Source: Minisyncoccota bacterium
GTDB lineage: Bacteria > Patescibacteriota > Minisyncoccia > JAHIHE01 > JAGLIN01
Assembly (NCBI GenBank): GCA_028690055.1
Contig: JAQVBZ010000003.1
Coordinates: 7,779-71,778, forward strand
Reading direction: 5' to 3'
Length of the DNA: 64,000 bases
The first letter of the stretch is position 1, and every line of letters starts with the position of its first letter. This document shows, piece by piece, positions 59,887-64,000 of the stretch. The notes under the pieces are model-generated. The model was not told the DNA's origin and ran no database searches. It worked only from the letters and a program-made list of their open reading frames with translations. The position numbers and the translations under genes are program-made.

Positions 59887-60975
59887 TTACAAGCTAAGCT
59901 CTTTTCGCATATCCTCCGGAGCTTCCCATAGAAAACAATCCTCGGGGTTGAACCAGAAATAGATAGGATCGCCGACTTTGAATTTTTTCCTGAGCTGGTC
60001 TTCCTTGAATTGCTTGTAGGCCCAGACAAGGTCTTCGCCGCTGCGGATCTGGTATTCGTAGAAATGGCCCATAAAGTTTACTGATTCCAGCCTTCCCTGA
60101 AAATAATTTTTGCCTGACTTGCTCTCGATATGGATCTTCTCAGGACGTACGCCGATTGCGATACGGGAAAATCCGGTATGACGTGCGATAGCGATAATCT
60201 TGTCCCGGCACTTCACCTCGTGCGCAGAAATCCTTTCACCGGTAAAAAAATTGCATTTGCCGATAAAGTTAGCAGCGAAGACAGAATTGGGCTTTTCATA
60301 AAGCTCCTCCGGCGTGCCAGTCTGGATGACCTTGCCCTGTCTCATAAGTATGATATTGTCAGCAATTGTCATCGCCTCTTCCTGATTGTGCGTGACATGA
60401 ATGGCCGTGATGCCATATTTCTTGGCGATGCGCTTAAGCTCGTAGCGGAGATATTCCCCGATTTTGGCATCCAGCGCCGAAAGCGGTTCGTCCAAAAGCA
60501 AAATTTTTGAGTTGGTAGAAAGAGCGCGCGCCAACCCCAGCCGCTGTCTCATCCCGCCCGACAGTTCATCCGGCATCGCGTGCGGACGATCGGATAGCCC
60601 TACTCTTTTCAGATTGCTCCGCACCGAATCTTCAATTGCTGCCTTACTCCATCCCTGCACCGTCGGCCCGTAAGCTACATTCTGCCATACATCCAGATGA
60701 GGGAAAACTGCGAAATGTTGAAAAACAAACCCCACATGGCGCTGTTGTACCGACATGTTAAGGGCGCTGCTGCCGTCAAACAGAATATCTCCTTCAGTCG
60801 GATTTTCCAGCCCCGCGATGCAGCGCAAGAGAGTGGTCTTGCCACAACCCGAAGGACCGAGCAAGGCGTTGTATTCTCCTTGCTTGATATGCAAATCGAT
60901 ATCATCAAGCGCTATAACTTTCTTGTCGACAGAAGGAAAACATTTTCCCAAATTCTTAATTTCTATTTCCGGCAT
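59887..60975 (-). CDS. ABC importer ATP-binding protein (PotA/FbpC-like, with C-terminal TOBE domain)
   Basis: 362 aa with Walker A GPSGCGKTT, the signature LSGGMRQR, Walker B ILLLDEPLSALD and a C-terminal TOBE-like domain. Confidence 0.85.
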   Translation of the reverse strand: MPEIEIKNLGKCFPSVDKKVIALDDIDLHIKQGEYNALLGPSGCGKTTLLRCIAGLENPTEGDILFDGSSALNMSVQQRHVGFVFQHFAVFPHLDVWQNVAYGPTVQGWSKAAIEDSVRSNLKRVGLSDRPHAMPDELSGGMRQRLGLARALSTNSKILLLDEPLSALDAKIGEYLRYELKRIAKKYGITAIHVTHNQEEAMTIADNIILMRQGKVIQTGTPEELYEKPNSVFAANFIGKCNFFTGERISAHEVKCRDKIIAIARHTGFSRIAIGVRPEKIHIESKSGKNYFQGRLESVNFMGHFYEYQIRSGEDLVWAYKQFKEDQLRKKFKVGDPIYFWFNPEDCFLWEAPEDMRKELSL

Positions 60976-61030
60976 AGTTGTATTATTTATTTTTTATGAA
61001 TGCTGATTGTGATAGATACCTTCGATTATC

Positions 61031-61108
61031 TGTCACGCTGAGGGTAGTGTAGGATTCCGTTACTATGCGGGATATTACGGGATCCTTCGGAGTACCTCAG
61101 GATAACAC
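61031..61108. repeat. Two-armed REP/MITE-like element between the ABC permease and ATPase genes
   Basis: TGTCACGCTGAGGGTAGTGTAGGATTCCG ... GGGATCCTTCGGAGTACCTCAGGATAACACG, inside the permease-ATPase operon junction. Confidence 0.6.
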
Positions 61109-61124
61109 GTGGCGTTCCCTCCTC

Positions 61125-62697
61125 CTATACCCGTTTCACGGTTCTTGCCGTCTGCGTCTTTTTGAGAATAACAAGAAAAACCAGCGAGAATGAAAAAAGT
61201 ATGAGGCACGCAATCGCCGCTTCGTCCAATCTGTTTTCTTTGAAGAGCTCAACGATAAGCACAGAGACCGTTTTGATATTCTGGCTCACCGCGAGAGTAG
61301 CCCCTGTTTCCGAAAGACTACGCATAAAAACCATAATCGCACCGGTAATCAGCGCCGGTTTTATCTGCGGCAGAATGACCGTGCGAAAAATCCGGACCGT
61401 GCCGGCGCCCAGCGAATAAGCGGCATCTTCCTGGTCAGTGGAAATATTTCGGAAGGCAGCGACGAGCGGTTTTACAAAAAGCGGGAAAGTGAAACAAAGA
61501 TGGGCAAGGATCAAGATGACTATTTCCCAAGGTAAAAATTGCCGCCAAAAAAGCGCCAGAGAAAGTCCCAGGGCGCTAGTGGGGACGATCAGAATAACTT
61601 CGTTCAGGCTCTCGACGATTTCCCCTATTCCCATTCGGTTGCGAGCAATGATGTAGGCAATCGGCAGGGCTAAAAAAGCATTGAATAGCGTGACGATCCC
61701 CGCTACAGCAAATGAAATCAGAAGACTTCCGGTCAAGGCGCTTATGTCCACCGCTTTGAAATTCATAAAATAGTAAAGTACCAAGAAAATCGTAGGTAGA
61801 AAAATCATCGCAAAATAGACGAAAGTGACGATGAAATTGCGAGGAGAAAATAGCCCGGAAAGTTTTTTCTCAAAATCGGGACGGATGGTCGGCAAAGTAA
61901 AAGTTTTTTTGCCGAAAGCCGTCCGAGCCAGAACCAGTATCAAAAGTGCGATAAGGATAAGAATAATACTGAGTGATGCCGCCGCGGGAAAATTATCAGC
62001 GTCTTTGAGAGATACGATTAGAACCGGCGCGGTAGCAAAGACTCCTGCCACCATCATCGTCGCGCCCGTTTCCGAAAGGCTGCGCGTGAAAGAGAGAACC
62101 GCACCATTGATTACTCCATCACGGCAAAGCGGTAGCGCAATAGTACGGAAAAAGCTGAAAGGGCTGGCACCCAGACTATCCGCCGCCTCTTCGTAAGCGA
62201 CGTCAAGCTGCATAATCGCCGCCGAAACCGAGCGCACCATATACGGCAGTGTAAAAACTATGTGCAGTAAGATTATGAGTAGTGGCCCCTGGCTCACCAA
62301 CCCGCCTTCAAGTCCGATAAGTCTGGCTACACCCCAGTTCGTGCCGTAATAGAAATATACCGAAAATCCCAGTGCGGCAGTCGGCATCACCAGAGAAAGG
62401 TCGATAAGGTTATCAAGCCACTTGAGAAAACGATTCTTGCTACGCACGATCATCCATGCCAGCGGCACACCCAGAATCAGATTGAATATCGTGACGATTA
62501 AACCGATTGAGAGCGACAAGAAAAGCGCCCGGATTATCTCCGGATCCAGCAGCGCATCAAAATTCCCGAAGTAGCCCAAGATATAGACCGCGGGAATAAA
62601 AATCACGACAACGAAGAATAATAGCGAGGATAAAAAACCGAGATGAGCAGCCTTTTTCGACCAAGCAAAAGAGTGATTGCTTTTTGTGTCTGACATT
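61125..62697 (-). CDS. ABC importer permease, fused double-permease (FbpB/ThiP-like)
   Basis: Two tandem TMD modules each carry an EAA-like loop (SLSETGATMMVAG / SLSETGATLAVSQ). The preferred start is ATG at 62697 (MSDTKSNHSF...). The list ORF extends to a GTG at 62768 that lies inside a terminator-like hairpin. Confidence 0.8.
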
Positions 62698-62739
62698 ATT
62701 TTCTGTGAATGGGAAATTATTACTCTCTTATTATAACAT

Positions 62740-62778
62740 ATGGGGCGCAAAAATAAAAAAACGGACACTTAGTCCGAT
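62740..62778 (-). terminator. Terminator/attenuator-like hairpin plus U-run about 40 nt upstream of the ABC permease start
   Basis: The minus strand reads CGGACTAAGTGTCCG followed by TTTTTTTATTTTTG. Confidence 0.45.
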
Positions 62779-63454
62779 TGAAGGTTTTAATGCCGCGGGA
62801 TATTTTCTATATATACTTGGCTCACCTGCTTTTCCTATGGCTTATTTCATGCTAATAAATCTGGAATTATGCCAGATTAACTTATTTTGAATTACAAAAT
62901 ACCTTACTTGTTATTCCTGTACAAGTTAGACAGTTCGCTGACAAAATACTACATAATTTTCATCTATATGATATTTTTCGTGTGTCATGCTGGGCTTGAC
63001 CCGGTATCTTCTTTATATTTCGCTTTTACTTTGCCATAACGCTTAATCGTTATACTCCGTAGATTCCGGATATTTCGCAGTAACGAAATTCCGGAATGAC
63101 AAATATCGTGGATTTGGTGTTTAAGAAAAATTCTTCGAAAGATTCTTTTAAAAGTGTCAGCGAATCATCCGGCTTGCACAATTCCGTAAGGACCCCTTGA
63201 GAAGTAGCCTTAGACAAATCTCCTTATCATAAAAGTTCAGCAATAAACCGAGGGATTCCTCCGCTTTGCTGAGGAATGACAAAATGTCGGTTTTATTACG
63301 GAGAATACAGTCTGGATGATTTGAAAAAGTATTCTTAAGATTAGAATTAAATAAGAACTTGCTTCCATTCCCTCTCCCACCGGGATTATCGCCGTGCCAT
63401 AGTAAAGTGACGGCAGGAGGGCGTTAGGGGGATAATTATTTCACTATCAATCAT

Positions 63455-63739
63455 CTACCAATCCAATTTGTATTTTTTATGTCGTCTGTCTTCTATATAG
63501 AGAATCCTCCACCAGTATTTCCCCGCATAATATCCGACGAGAGCACCCATTAAGTCAAAAACTATTTCCGGTAACGGCCGTAATGCAAAAATATTTTCTG
63601 CGCCGTAAGTATACCGATTTCCTCCCGCTGTTAACAATGAATCCACATAAGAAATTTCCAGCAAATCATACACGATATCTCCTAAAAGCACAAATAGAAA
63701 AATCACAAGCAAAGTATATGCGGTTTTTTTAGTGGGCAT
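63455..63739 (-). CDS. Small hypothetical membrane protein
   Basis: 94 aa with 2 TM helices. Confidence 0.3.
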   Translation of the reverse strand: MPTKKTAYTLLVIFLFVLLGDIVYDLLEISYVDSLLTAGGNRYTYGAENIFALRPLPEIVFDLMGALVGYYAGKYWWRILYIEDRRHKKYKLDW

Positions 63740-64000
63740 AATATTCTATATATGATTAGATTCGACCAAAAAACAATGCTGGAAACAAAAGAAACGAGGC
63801 CTTTTATTTATTTAGGACATCAATCCAATCAATAAATCCATTCATAAAATTCCCTCTTCTTTCTCTCATCTCAGGAGACAACAATTCTATCAATTTTACT
63901 TTCATCTGTTTCACATCGACACCCTTCCATCGTTCTTTAATCCTGACAGCAACCACAGGAGTCTCTCCATCCCATTCATCAGGGATTGTGATAAAGCCGA

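Noticed and set aside
61125-62768. ORF-track start of the ABC permease at 62768 (GTG), which would add MSVFLFLRPICYNKRVIISHSQKI
   Set aside because: That extension is translated through the terminator-like hairpin and U-run. The ATG at 62697 (MSDTKSNHSF...) is the more plausible start.
62698-63450. TPP or other known riboswitch in the leader of the ThiP/FbpB-like ABC importer
   Set aside because: I read the minus-strand leader looking for CUGAGA plus the pyrimidine-sensor helix, the cobalamin box, SAM, FMN, lysine and glycine motifs. None was found. The region is mostly copies of the dispersed repeat families. Only the terminator hairpin is reported.

Overview
This 64-kb window is a compact bacterial chromosome segment of roughly 42% GC. 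Its style (short genes, many small secreted or membrane hypotheticals, almost no biosynthesis) recalls CPR/Patescibacteria, although that placement is an inference. The genetic code is standard: the prfB gene carries the canonical CUU-UGA-C +1 frameshift site, so UGA is a stop. About 60 features are called. Housekeeping genes include mraY, cyclophilin, an Hsp100/Clp ATPase, an Elp3-like radical-SAM/GNAT gene, ftsE/ftsX, prfB, gyrB, pheS/pheT, a NIF3-family gene, cspA, mscL, rdgB, two HD hydrolases, and five tRNAs (Thr-CGT, Gly-CCC, initiator Met, a second CAT tRNA, Asp-GTC). Transport genes include an MFS transporter, a P-type ATPase, a GldA/F/G-like ABC trio and a fused-permease ABC importer. 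Accessory content includes an IS30 element with a transposase split by a frameshift, a PadR regulator followed by two tandem paralogous HAAS/DUF1700 membrane sensors, and many hypothetical secreted or membrane proteins. The most unusual items are listed here. (1) The Clp ATPase is fused to an N-terminal zinc ribbon and three transmembrane helices, its D1 ATPase motifs are degenerate, and it lacks both an M-domain and an IGF loop; two tandem near-identical small ORFs follow it. (2) A 165-aa stand-alone protein matches only the zinc-ribbon plus glycyl-radical C-terminus of class III ribonucleotide reductase NrdD. (3) A 0.9-kb insertion separates pheS from pheT. It carries an orphan ORF, a 150-bp TIR element, and a displaced pheS 3'-end copy that differs from the live gene only at synonymous sites. 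(4) Two diverged ~195-bp inverted repeats flank a 1.9-kb cassette that encodes a secreted Ig-like protein. (5) Intergenic palindromic repeat families are unusually dense. A REP/MITE-like family with termini GTCATTCTGAGGTACTCCGAAGGATCCC has about 10 copies, several inside operons. A second hairpin family is flanked by G-quadruplex-type motifs. (6) An endonuclease/exonuclease/phosphatase gene is interrupted by an in-frame TAG. No CRISPR array, rRNA or recognisable riboswitch was found.
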